Of a DNA stretch of 64,000 nucleotides, positions 38,347-47,748 are shown one piece after another. A program made the position numbers and the translations under genes. Location of the stretch: IMG/VR virus record IMGVR_UViG_3300041405_000130; one strand, 5' to 3'. The stretch's first letter is position 1. Each line of letters starts with the position of its first letter. The notes under the pieces were generated by a model, which saw only the letters and a program-made list of their open reading frames with translations, did no database searches and had not been told where the DNA came from. The DNA is from a virus (Duplodnaviria; Heunggongvirae; Uroviricota; Caudoviricetes).

Positions 38347-39585
38347 TTAGGCTGTAAATCGGTGGGCTTCAACGAACAGGGAGTTGTTGAGCAGGGCTTC
38401 GAGGTTTTCCTCGTGGGTGATCAAACGTTTCTCACGGCGCAGGACAGGAGATGCCAGTTCAGCCATGTAATCGTAGAGGTCACGACCAGTGTGGTATTCT
38501 TTCAGGAGTTCATCCAGGACATCGATGTCAGCTTGAATAGGACTCTTCAGCGTAGTGTCTTTGACCGACTTAAGCTGGTTGATCAAATCCATACGGATCT
38601 TCTGAACGCGTTCTTTCGGATCGTCGTAACGACCACCAAAGTCCCAATCGCTTGTACCGCTAACGGTCATCAGCCAGAGTACAGTGAATGGTAGGAATAC
38701 CAGGGCGGCTGCCATACGGATGAGGTTACCCCACCACGACGCACGCATGTCGGTGTCCATACCGTAAGCTTTATACATCCGGTGTAGACCAGTCGCTACA
38801 TGACGACCATAACCCAGGCGAGTAGCAAACAAGTCTGCCATTTGTTCTTCACGTTTGTGAGCAGAACCACCGTTTTCAAACAGGTAGTGGCGTGGGGCTT
38901 TCTTGTACGTGGACAAAATAGCACGACGCACTTTATCTGGAGACGGGCTGTTAACGTAAGCTTCACGTTGGTCAGCTGGGATGTTCTTAAGCAACCAAGT
39001 ATGGTCGAGAACTTCCAGATTGTACTCGTTGCGTTTGTTACCAAGTGCAACATCAATACCATCAGTCAACGCGTAGTTGAGATAGATGTAATCACCCAAG
39101 GTAATGAACAGGTTAAAAGCGTGACCGATTTCATGCAGGATGATACCAGTGATTTCTTCATCGGTATATTGGTTAGCTGGCATGAAGAAAGCTTGAGAGC
39201 AGTTAGACTTGAACTTAAGCTCATCAACCATAGGGCCAGTAGCCTTGAGGTTCTTGAGATCGATCTTAGTAACGTACTTCAAACCGTCTTTAGATGTGGT
39301 GCTTTGTGTAGGGACATATTTAGACCAAGTAGTGCCTTGGTGGCCCCAGTACTGGAATGTCATCATCCACGCATCAGGATGATTACCTGGAGTAGAGATG
39401 AATTCTACGTTCAGCCCGGTCATCTTGACGATATCACTGAGGCCTTTCAGTGAATCGGCAGAAACAACGTTGCCTAGTTCGTAAGACTTGCGCATTTTTG
39501 CAACTTGCGCCTGGATAAGTTTACCCAGCTCACGAGATACATCAACAGAGATGACCTCGTTAGAAATGGTGAATTGTTGTAGCAT
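38347..39585 (-). CDS. Zincin metallopeptidase (M48-like) with TM segment
   Basis: ILHEIGH (HExxH), EEQMADLFA..LGYG, hydrophobic LVFLPFTVLWL. Confidence 0.75.
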   Translation of the reverse strand: MLQQFTISNEVISVDVSRELGKLIQAQVAKMRKSYELGNVVSADSLKGLSDIVKMTGLNVEFISTPGNHPDAWMMTFQYWGHQGTTWSKYVPTQSTTSKDGLKYVTKIDLKNLKATGPMVDELKFKSNCSQAFFMPANQYTDEEITGIILHEIGHAFNLFITLGDYIYLNYALTDGIDVALGNKRNEYNLEVLDHTWLLKNIPADQREAYVNSPSPDKVRRAILSTYKKAPRHYLFENGGSAHKREEQMADLFATRLGYGRHVATGLHRMYKAYGMDTDMRASWWGNLIRMAAALVFLPFTVLWLMTVSGTSDWDFGGRYDDPKERVQKIRMDLINQLKSVKDTTLKSPIQADIDVLDELLKEYHTGRDLYDYMAELASPVLRREKRLITHEENLEALLNNSLFVEAHRFTA

Positions 39586-39690
39586 GACATGCTTCCCATG
39601 GTTAGCTGATTAATCATAAAGATAAGGCTTTGAAGGAAATACTGGCACTCCTAATCCTACGTGTTCAACCCATCTTAAAAGGAGTGTCTA

Positions 39691-41646
39691 ATGTCAACTA
39701 TTGAATATAGTCCAGAAGACGTCGTCGGTCGTGAAGCCAAACATATCACGTACGTCCCGGACCAATTCGGTAAGCAGCATGATGCTCACTTTGTAAAAGA
39801 AGTAGTGCATTTAAAGAACGGCAAAACATTTAGCCGTTTGGTTCCGTGGATTGATTACGAGCGTAGCTACTACATTACGCAGAAAGGTCGTCGTAACCAC
39901 CACGAGAAAAAAGATTATGAGTTACTTGAGAATCTGACGAAGTATAAGTCGACTCAGGTAAACCTGGCACGTAACATTGCAAAAGCGTTGGGTGACTATT
40001 CTCAAGGTCCTAATCCACGTCTGCGTAATCTGGCACGTAGTCCGTATCTGTACGGTTCTGATGTCAGTTCAACGTGCTGCTTGAAGAACGATTACCAACA
40101 GCGTTATCCGGGACTGATCTCTCGGAACTCGGTAGCTGGTGGTGACATCGAAACAAACGTGTATGAATCTGACAAAGATGGTCAGATCATCTGTATGTCT
40201 GTAACGCACAAAGAAAACGTTTATCTAGCGTATCTGAAAGACTGGGTACATGACATCGCTGATCCGGTAGCTGAAACCTATCGTGAGATGGATTCGATTC
40301 CAGAACTGAAAGCGTTGATGCATGGTCGTAATCTGAAGATCGAAGTGGAAGTTGTTAAGACTCCAGCAGATATCGTTATTCAATGTTTCAAACGTTTGCA
40401 TGAGTGGAAGCCTGACTTCTTTGCATTCTGGAACATCGAGTTCGACATGACTCGAATCTTGAAGACTCTGCAAGACTACGGTATTGATCCGAAGGATGTA
40501 TTCTCGGATTCTTCCGTACCAGCAAACTATCGTCACTTTCATTTTAAGAAAGATCAGGCGATGATGACTACAGCTTCGGGTGTATCGAAGTCTCGTGGTC
40601 CTCAGGATCAATGGCACTGGATCACAGCACCAGCTACATTCCAATGTATCGACTCGATGTCAACGTATCGTGTAACGCGTTTGGCTAAGGGTAAGGAACC
40701 TTCCTATGCTCTGAACTACATTCTGGGTAAAGAGCTGAGTGTTAACGAAGAAACCAAGCTTGAGAAAGATGGTGATCTGTTAGCGTTCTTGAAGAAGTGT
40801 AAGAAGAAGCTCGATGAAACACCGGGTTCGTTTCCGCATTGGTTTATCAATGAACAGTCAGTACACACGTTAGATGGCGCACAGATCGGTGACACCGTTT
40901 GTCTGAAGGTTGACTTTGGTAAGTTGGACTTCGAAGCAGTTGCTAACCTCAACGGTATCGAATGGCACCGTGTGATGCAGACTGAGCACAAGATCAAGTA
41001 CGGTCTATACAACATCATCGACAGCATGCGTCTGGAACAACTGGACGAGAAAATCAATGACTTGGCTCGATCGATTACTTTGTTCTCGAAAGCTTCGGAT
41101 TATAAGAACTTCGCATCTAACCCAAAACGTCTTGTCGATGACATGCACTTCTGGTATTTGAAGCGTGGTCAAGTAATCGGTTCATCTTCAGATCAGATGG
41201 TTCATGAGCTCGATCAGTATGTTGTTTCGCACCGTGATTGGATTGTAACGCTACCGTCGTATATGGCGGGACAGCATGGTATTCGTTGCGTTAAGGACCT
41301 ACCGCTTTATCACACGTTGATTTACGTTCATGTTGCTGACTTGGACATTGTATCGACTTATCCAAACGTATCGCAGATTCTGAACATTGCTCGTGAAACT
41401 ACGGTAATGGAATTCTCAGCGATTCAGGGGGTGTCGGAAGGGTGGCGTCGTGAAGCAGGTGTTAACTTAACTGCAGGTAAGGTTAACTGCATTGAGATTA
41501 CGCAGAAGATCATGTCGGCACCACGTATGGATACGATATTGTTGGCATACATGCAACATATCGGCATGGCCGAGCCTACGCTCGATCAAGCTGTAGCTGC
41601 ATCGGTACCTGCTGAAAAGAAGAGTGTATCAGTGGAAGCGGTATGA
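39691..41646 (+). CDS. Split family-B DNA polymerase N-part (3'-5' exonuclease plus motif A), phiKZ gp82-like
   Basis: ExoI DIET, ExoII WNIEFD, ExoIII YNIID, motif A DLDIVSTYPN; no motif B or C. Confidence 0.85.
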   Translation: MSTIEYSPEDVVGREAKHITYVPDQFGKQHDAHFVKEVVHLKNGKTFSRLVPWIDYERSYYITQKGRRNHHEKKDYELLENLTKYKSTQVNLARNIAKALGDYSQGPNPRLRNLARSPYLYGSDVSSTCCLKNDYQQRYPGLISRNSVAGGDIETNVYESDKDGQIICMSVTHKENVYLAYLKDWVHDIADPVAETYREMDSIPELKALMHGRNLKIEVEVVKTPADIVIQCFKRLHEWKPDFFAFWNIEFDMTRILKTLQDYGIDPKDVFSDSSVPANYRHFHFKKDQAMMTTASGVSKSRGPQDQWHWITAPATFQCIDSMSTYRVTRLAKGKEPSYALNYILGKELSVNEETKLEKDGDLLAFLKKCKKKLDETPGSFPHWFINEQSVHTLDGAQIGDTVCLKVDFGKLDFEAVANLNGIEWHRVMQTEHKIKYGLYNIIDSMRLEQLDEKINDLARSITLFSKASDYKNFASNPKRLVDDMHFWYLKRGQVIGSSSDQMVHELDQYVVSHRDWIVTLPSYMAGQHGIRCVKDLPLYHTLIYVHVADLDIVSTYPNVSQILNIARETTVMEFSAIQGVSEGWRREAGVNLTAGKVNCIEITQKIMSAPRMDTILLAYMQHIGMAEPTLDQAVAASVPAEKKSVSVEAV

Positions 41647-41995
41647 TGGATACGAGTGTTCATCGCAGGGAGATAAGCGGTACTCTGCGATGTTCGCTCT
41701 CATGCCTGATGGACGCACCATCGAAGCTCATTACCAATGTGACGTAAAAGGAATAGCTCCTGGCTCCAGTGATTGGCGGTTAGGTAAAGGAAAGCCCCCT
41801 GTAGATAAGTCTATTGACTCGTGGGGTGAATACAAGAAGCTATGGACCATCTGGGCGGATAACAATCCAGACCTCATGCGCGAGCTCTCAGAAGCCTGTG
41901 CATTAATGGACTACACATTGTCTGATAAGTTTGCTAACACTGATATCTCTCAAGCACGTGCGTTGTGTGAACTGTTGAACGAAAGGACATATTAG
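41624..41995 (+). CDS. Phage protein, possibly NADAR-like
   Basis: YSAMFA.MPDGRTIEAHYQ..VK resembles the NADAR FSNF...T.EHY.QA.K motif. Confidence 0.45.
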   Translation: MYQWKRYDGYECSSQGDKRYSAMFALMPDGRTIEAHYQCDVKGIAPGSSDWRLGKGKPPVDKSIDSWGEYKKLWTIWADNNPDLMRELSEACALMDYTLSDKFANTDISQARALCELLNERTY

Positions 41996-42024
41996 CCTTC
42001 CCGTTGGGGAAGGCTAATATGCCG
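41986..42024. terminator. Bidirectional CATA-hairpin-TATG element
   Basis: Perfect stem CATATTAGCCTTCCC/GGGAAGGCTAATATG between convergent genes. Confidence 0.75.
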
Positions 42025-42762
42025 TTATGGCCGAACTATGGAAACAATCTCAAGCACTGGATAAAAACAACAGAATGATGTTGTGGTAATATCCCATGAT
42101 GTTGCATATAGGTAAACCCCGTTATTGTTCATCATTAATGCACGGCTATGATCCGCTAATGTTTCAGGGCCTAAAGTTTGAGCACCAATGGTACCTAAAT
42201 TTGCCCAGAATGGAGCAGACGGATCAGCAGCACCCCCGCCATTTAATCGCCAACGAATACCAAAGTATTCTTGTGTTTTTTGTTTGGCTGGTATCAATGA
42301 TGCAGGATACACCATGTCATCATAAGTACGGATAGCCCGAACCTTTACCGTGAGAATACTTCCATCAACAGCGGTTTTAGATAATGTGGTTAATTGATTA
42401 ACACCAATACCACCTGGTTGCCATACACCGTCATCATCCGTACCGTACATATAGCCAGCTTTATAAATACCTGCCCACGTCGTACCGGTACGAGTTATTA
42501 GCTTAGGCATGTAAATTACTTTGCCCTTAGAATAAGCTTTAATCCAAGAGTTTGCAGCTGTTCTGTTTGCGGCTGTACCACCTAACGCAGTCTTAGCCCC
42601 ATTGTCAACTTCCATGAAAGTAAATAGATCCGATTCTGGAAGAGTACCAAAATAACCAAGATCATTTACTTCATCATAGGCAACCATAATCTGTGGCCCA
42701 GGTCCATTATCAGGAATAACCGGAAAGTTATTCTTACTTACTTGTAACAATGCTTCAAACAT
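42025..42762 (-). CDS. Virion protein of the MFExLL / phiKZ gp131-like family (single domain)
   Basis: GYFG, C-terminal FYPVLE; paralog of neighbour. Confidence 0.65.
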   Translation of the reverse strand: MFEALLQVSKNNFPVIPDNGPGPQIMVAYDEVNDLGYFGTLPESDLFTFMEVDNGAKTALGGTAANRTAANSWIKAYSKGKVIYMPKLITRTGTTWAGIYKAGYMYGTDDDGVWQPGGIGVNQLTTLSKTAVDGSILTVKVRAIRTYDDMVYPASLIPAKQKTQEYFGIRWRLNGGGAADPSAPFWANLGTIGAQTLGPETLADHSRALMMNNNGVYLYATSWDITTTSFCCFYPVLEIVSIVRP

Positions 42763-42778
42763 AAGACGTATCTCAAAA

Positions 42779-44020
42779 TTACGGAACGAGTTCTAACACC
42801 GGCCGCCAACCATAACCTGCGTTAGTGACGTTCGGGTTCTGATACCAAGCACCCATTAAGTTAGGGTAACCGTTAGCAGCATGACCACGTGTATCATTTT
42901 CTTGTACCAGTGGAAGTTGCCCGTTGTTTGCAGCGCCCGTACCTGTAATCAAATCGGTAGTGGTGTAGAAAGCCCAGGTGCCGTCAGTTAAGTTGGTGTA
43001 CCAATGTAACCATTCCCCAGCCACTGTGTTGGATGTAGCCGCATCACGACCCGTCATCAGACGCACTTTATACGTCTTACCACCAATTTGAATAGTCTTA
43101 CTGCCGTTAACGATATTAGCTGCAATAAGTTGTTCTTTGGTTACGGTGTGCCGCATGGATGTCTTCGCTAGATAATAGGTTATCCCGTTTTCAACAATCA
43201 TCAACCATGGTGTCCCAGCGTTCGTGACTGTACCTGCTGTCAGCCCGACTGCTGTTGCAAGGTCTGTAGCTGTAATGAGACTAGTCTGCGCTACCTCCCC
43301 TTTAAACGGAGTTACCGGTTGGGGTGGGGAAGTTCCTTTCTCTACGAGCATTGGTCGCCAAGCATAGTGCGCGGCATTAATGCCATCGTTTTCACTACCA
43401 TACCAAACCCCCATGACGTTTGGTACTGTTACACCAGGATAAACTACACCACGCGTGGCATGGGCTGCAGTACCATTGGCTACTGTTTCTTTAACCCATG
43501 AATAAGTACCTGGAACAGTAGCACCGGCATTCGTTATTGGTAAGCCCAACATGTTTTCGGTATACGATCCCCAGTTTTCGCGAGCAGGTAATTCATTTGC
43601 CCGTTCCCCACCGTAGATGTTGTAAATATATTTGTTCCACGCACCACCAGCGTTATCTGGAACAGCCGACATGTTTTCGGTTTTCATACCTGTTATAAAT
43701 TCAACTACAAAGGTCTTACCACCCAAAACAATTTCTTTGCCTGTTTGTGCTGTATTAATTGCACTCCAGTTTAACTGTTGCCGTAAAGGTTTCTTAGCAA
43801 TGTAAATATTGTATCCATTGTCTTCTACGAAATGCAGCCAACCAGAATTGTTATTGATTGGTGTGCCTTCAACCAAGTTGATCCGATTTGCTAATGTAAT
43901 GCCATCAATGAAATCACTAGACCTCACCACTCCTTTAAACGGAGTACCTGCCGGAAAAGGTAGATCATGGTCATCTTCTTCCATAGCAAACTGTCTTGGG
44001 GATAAAAGAAGTTCAAACAT
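42779..44020 (-). CDS. Virion protein of the MFExLL family (two tandem domains)
   Basis: Two TPFKG...WRP(M/V)L repeats. Confidence 0.7.
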   Translation of the reverse strand: MFELLLSPRQFAMEEDDHDLPFPAGTPFKGVVRSSDFIDGITLANRINLVEGTPINNNSGWLHFVEDNGYNIYIAKKPLRQQLNWSAINTAQTGKEIVLGGKTFVVEFITGMKTENMSAVPDNAGGAWNKYIYNIYGGERANELPARENWGSYTENMLGLPITNAGATVPGTYSWVKETVANGTAAHATRGVVYPGVTVPNVMGVWYGSENDGINAAHYAWRPMLVEKGTSPPQPVTPFKGEVAQTSLITATDLATAVGLTAGTVTNAGTPWLMIVENGITYYLAKTSMRHTVTKEQLIAANIVNGSKTIQIGGKTYKVRLMTGRDAATSNTVAGEWLHWYTNLTDGTWAFYTTTDLITGTGAANNGQLPLVQENDTRGHAANGYPNLMGAWYQNPNVTNAGYGWRPVLELVP

Positions 44021-44057
44021 ACCAACCTCAAGTTATTTGTTTATATACACATGATTA

Positions 44058-44091
44058 CGGCATAAAGCCTACCCGAAGGTAGGCAGTATGA
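44058..44091. terminator. CATA-hairpin-TATG element
   Basis: CGGCATAAA-GCCTACC-CGAA-GGTAGGC-AGTATG. Confidence 0.7.
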
Positions 44092-45489
44092 TTAGCAGTA
44101 ACGCTGGAAGAATTCCAACAGCCAACCTTGACGATTAGCAGGAAACTTACGCAGTAGATACGGCAGGTCGATTTGTTTACGTGCTGCTTTGTCATCATCG
44201 GTATAGACGTGGAAGATAGCCAGCAGGTTAACGTGAGTTTCTTGGATGTCGCCTTCGGAACGAAGAGTACCAGTAAAGCGTGTAGCGTAGGTGGGTTCGA
44301 ACAGACCATCGCGATGCTTCTTATAGAAGTCACGGAAGTAAGACATTGCAGAACCGAAACCTTGTGGGTCATCGATCTTCAGGATATAACGGAACAGGTT
44401 GTCCAGTTCACGTTGTTCTTTAGCGCCTTTCTCCGGTGTGATCGGAGTACCAGGTTTGCAAGCAGCCAGGTAACGCTCGGTTTGTGTTTTCAGGTATCCA
44501 ACATTCATTGCGGTCAGCCCTTGTGGGATTACAGTTTCTGTTTGCACGACCGGCTCTGCGATCGTTGGTTCAGGAGTTTCGGCAGTAGGTTGCACACCCA
44601 CTACTTTCACAGAATTGTTCTGCATTTTCTTGTAAGCCCGAATAACATCTTCCGGCTTGTTCGATTGTGCACACAGATCTAGACGTTTGTTCAGTTCAAC
44701 AGCGACCTTCTGATCGTTGGTTTCACCAATAGCACGAATCTCACCCAGAGCCCAAGCAACCAGTTCTTGTGTAGCCCATTCATTAGCAGGACGACGTGCA
44801 CGGGTCACGTCATTACGCCAAGCACCATTCGAAGTCTTGGATGGTTCTAGACCTTGAGTCAAGAAATCGATCAGGTCACGTACTGACCAAGCAGCATCTA
44901 CTTTTGCCAGTTGACGATAAGCTTTAGCCAATGCACCGTATTGGTTTTCACCGATATCCGTCAGCTTACCTTCAAAGCCGTCCAGAATTTCATCTACACC
45001 CCAAGTACTGATATCACGATCTTTACGGGTAACGTCGGTTACGATTGATCCACGCTCAGTGTGCTCGATGAGGTTTCCGCCGGTGGCGATCCATTGATCA
45101 ATGTGTTCGTTGGTCCAGGTGTCTGGGATTCCGTGCTCGAGTGCGAAGGCTGCGTAGTCAAACGCCTGATCTTCAGTCCCGATATCAGCGGACGATTCCA
45201 CTGCGACGCCGTCATCGCTCCCTTGGGATTCGACTGCATCTTTTGTCTCCAATTCTGGTTCGCTCATTTCTTCTGGTTCTTCTGTTGGGGTTTGACCGGT
45301 CCAGACATTAAAGTAGTCGGTAGATCCGGATTCTTCTGCTTGCTTGGTGAGTTGCTCACGCAACCATTCGTCGCTCTTACCCAGTTCCCCTTTAAGGGTA
45401 GGGGTCTCCGATACTGGTAAGGTCGTGGGTGCCATTGGTTGTACTGGGATAGATCCATCAGCTTGACGGAACGATTTACGCTTTGCCAT
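44092..45489 (-). CDS. Conserved hypothetical protein with internal repeat
   Basis: 465-aa ORF; AAGGA RBS; TATG upstream. Confidence 0.75.
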   Translation of the reverse strand: MAKRKSFRQADGSIPVQPMAPTTLPVSETPTLKGELGKSDEWLREQLTKQAEESGSTDYFNVWTGQTPTEEPEEMSEPELETKDAVESQGSDDGVAVESSADIGTEDQAFDYAAFALEHGIPDTWTNEHIDQWIATGGNLIEHTERGSIVTDVTRKDRDISTWGVDEILDGFEGKLTDIGENQYGALAKAYRQLAKVDAAWSVRDLIDFLTQGLEPSKTSNGAWRNDVTRARRPANEWATQELVAWALGEIRAIGETNDQKVAVELNKRLDLCAQSNKPEDVIRAYKKMQNNSVKVVGVQPTAETPEPTIAEPVVQTETVIPQGLTAMNVGYLKTQTERYLAACKPGTPITPEKGAKEQRELDNLFRYILKIDDPQGFGSAMSYFRDFYKKHRDGLFEPTYATRFTGTLRSEGDIQETHVNLLAIFHVYTDDDKAARKQIDLPYLLRKFPANRQGWLLEFFQRYC

Positions 45490-45577
45490 TGAGAATTCCT
45501 TGTTAGCTATAGTTCAAAACATAAGGGACGTGAGTAATAAAGAAAAAAAATAAGGTGAGTGGAGCCCGAAGGCTCCG

Positions 45578-46318
45578 TTACAAATAATAGACCTCTCGAT
45601 CTGTTTCTTTTTGCAATCGCTTGTTCAACGATTGGTACTTCATTCCTGTAATCATAATAGCCACACGATACGATCCATAGACAATCCCATCAATATAGAT
45701 AGGCCTAGCTAATGGGTTCATCGGTTGGCAACCCATCAAAGCATCCATGACAGGTTTGGTATTATGACGTTCCCACATTGCGTTAAGGAACTTAGGTGAC
45801 GTGTGGTATCGAGCATAGGCTTGCTCGTACGTTTCATTGAGTAGTCTAAACTTGTACTCGCCGTGATTGTGTTCAAAGATTTGTTGTAGGTAGATGTTAG
45901 GATGTCTACCCAGACCTAGTTTCCATTCTGCAATGGTTATTGCTTTATGAATATCTCTAGCCTGCCAGACAAACACAAACCCATTAGGAAACTTTATCTG
46001 GAGCACCCCGCTGTTTGGTTTCAGGGGTGACTTAGTTTCATTTAGGGATAAGTGATTCTTACGGGCTTCTTTTATTCGCTTTAACAATACCCGTTGGGCC
46101 TGCTCTAGATCCTGCGTAACTTCAATATCAAAAGAGAAGTCTTTAGGATCGTCGGTTAGGTTGTAGAGTTCTTGGCAACGTCGAGACTTATGCAAACGTT
46201 CGCAAAGCAAAGCGTAGTGCCAGTCTTGTTGTTTACCAAAGTTGTTGGTCTTACCCGAATATACTTTTCCCGTTGGGATATGGCGTAAATGGAATACGCC
46301 GGTTACAGGCTTTGTCAT
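45578..46318 (-). mobile_element. Free-standing GIY-YIG homing-endonuclease-like gene with NUMOD1-like C-terminus
   Basis: GVFHL...KVYSGKT; second SGVLQI...RHPNIYLQ copy; IYIDGIVYGS...A...G tail; GGAGG RBS. Confidence 0.7.
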
Positions 46319-46329
46319 ATCGCCTCCAG

Positions 46330-46387
46330 ACGGCATAATACAGGGACTGTTACATCCCTGTAATATAGTTCTGGAACTTTATTGAAT
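46330..46387 (-). promoter_or_regulatory. Early promoter fused to hairpin-TATGCCG element
   Basis: CTATATTAC at 46360-46368 overlapping the ACAGGGA/TCCCTGT stem. Confidence 0.6.
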
Positions 46388-47748
46388 CAGGTGATTCGGG
46401 TCTTCATATCCCATTCAACAGTACGCAGTACGGTGGCGTGCATTTTCGCAAGGAAGAGCGAAAGGAAGCGACCACCCACACCAGCTGCCGCAGCTGGAAT
46501 ACCGTTAGGGTTTTCTGCCAAGGCTTCACCTGCACATACAGCACAAATGTTCTTCCCTTTACCCAGAATACCTTTATCGACATCTCGACCTGTCTTACAA
46601 GACATTGGTCCACGAACTTCGATAGTCTGACCGATCATCGACTGGAGTAGTTCAGCTGTCAAGATTGTGGTCTTGCCATCTTTAACCATGCCGTAACCAA
46701 CAAGGTCTTTAGCCACGAACGGATAGAGGATCGTAGGAATGCCGATATGTGTACCGCAATCGTGCTCAACGATTCGAGCCGTACCAACCATACGATAAAT
46801 CGTTTTGGTCGATTCACCACCGAGTGCAGTCTGTTTACCACGGTTGTACGAACCTGCACGCAGGGAGTTAAACATGACAGGGAGCTTATCCATGTCAATG
46901 CCTTCTTCTAGCGACTTAGCAATCAGCTCTACTTTAGTACCGTCAGAGAATGCAGACTCACCACCGAACATGTAGTGAACTTTCTTACGGGCACCTTCTA
47001 GCTTCTTCTTCGATTTATAGAACTGTTCTGATTCGTCACCAGCCAGATATTCGTCATCGAGTTTCTTCAGTACGTTACTGAGTTCAGCTACTGCTGCAGG
47101 GTCGGTCAATCGGTCTTGGTTCTTAGCAATCCATTCATCACGAACTTTGTTACGGTCCGGAGAAGCCATCAAAGACTTCTTAGTGGTTGCTGTAACGATA
47201 CCATCCGAATAAGCAGGCAATGTAAGTACGTGCTCTGCAAACATCAAGTATTGTCGAACGTAGAGCTTGCCATCAGGAGCTTTAAGATCTGGATCGTCAT
47301 TGTCTTCAGGATCGTCGATCATCCGTTTAAGGATCTCACTTTCCAAACGACCCAGATCAAACAACCCTACCTGGAATTCAAAGATGTCGCCAAAGGGTAG
47401 TACCAGACACAAGTGGTTAACGAACACGTTACCATAAGTGGTTTTTACTGGAGTGTTGCCTTTGTAATTAAGGATGTCACCGGGCTGGAGGATGAATTCA
47501 TCACGGAAGTGCAGCAACGCTGTATCTTCTTGATAGCCTTCGATGTATTCCTTTTGATTGCCCGAACCAGGAACGAAAAAGAATAGTCCTTGCTCGTCCT
47601 TATATAAACGGTAGTCGTAGTGATGTTCGAAGTCATTGAGGTTATATACCACGGAGAACAGACAGTTCATCCACTGTCGTTTTTTATGGAGGCCTTGTTC
47701 CAGACCTTTTAAGAAGTACTCACGAATTTGCATCTTCTTTGTACTCAT
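46387..47748 (-). CDS. Virion RNA polymerase beta'-like C-terminal subunit (phiKZ gp80-like)
   Basis: Bridge helix RGKQTALGG, DCGT, RGPMSC...CAVC Zn site, trigger-loop-like KMH. Confidence 0.85.
   Translation of the reverse strand: MSTKKMQIREYFLKGLEQGLHKKRQWMNCLFSVVYNLNDFEHHYDYRLYKDEQGLFFFVPGSGNQKEYIEGYQEDTALLHFRDEFILQPGDILNYKGNTPVKTTYGNVFVNHLCLVLPFGDIFEFQVGLFDLGRLESEILKRMIDDPEDNDDPDLKAPDGKLYVRQYLMFAEHVLTLPAYSDGIVTATTKKSLMASPDRNKVRDEWIAKNQDRLTDPAAVAELSNVLKKLDDEYLAGDESEQFYKSKKKLEGARKKVHYMFGGESAFSDGTKVELIAKSLEEGIDMDKLPVMFNSLRAGSYNRGKQTALGGESTKTIYRMVGTARIVEHDCGTHIGIPTILYPFVAKDLVGYGMVKDGKTTILTAELLQSMIGQTIEVRGPMSCKTGRDVDKGILGKGKNICAVCAGEALAENPNGIPAAAAGVGGRFLSLFLAKMHATVLRTVEWDMKTRIT

Noticed and set aside
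40738-40917. Intein in the polymerase
   Set aside because: Too short and lacks the His-Asn/Cys-Ser-Thr C-terminal splice junction
42025-44020. Diversity-generating retroelement
   Set aside because: No reverse transcriptase and no near-identical TR/VR pair seen in the window
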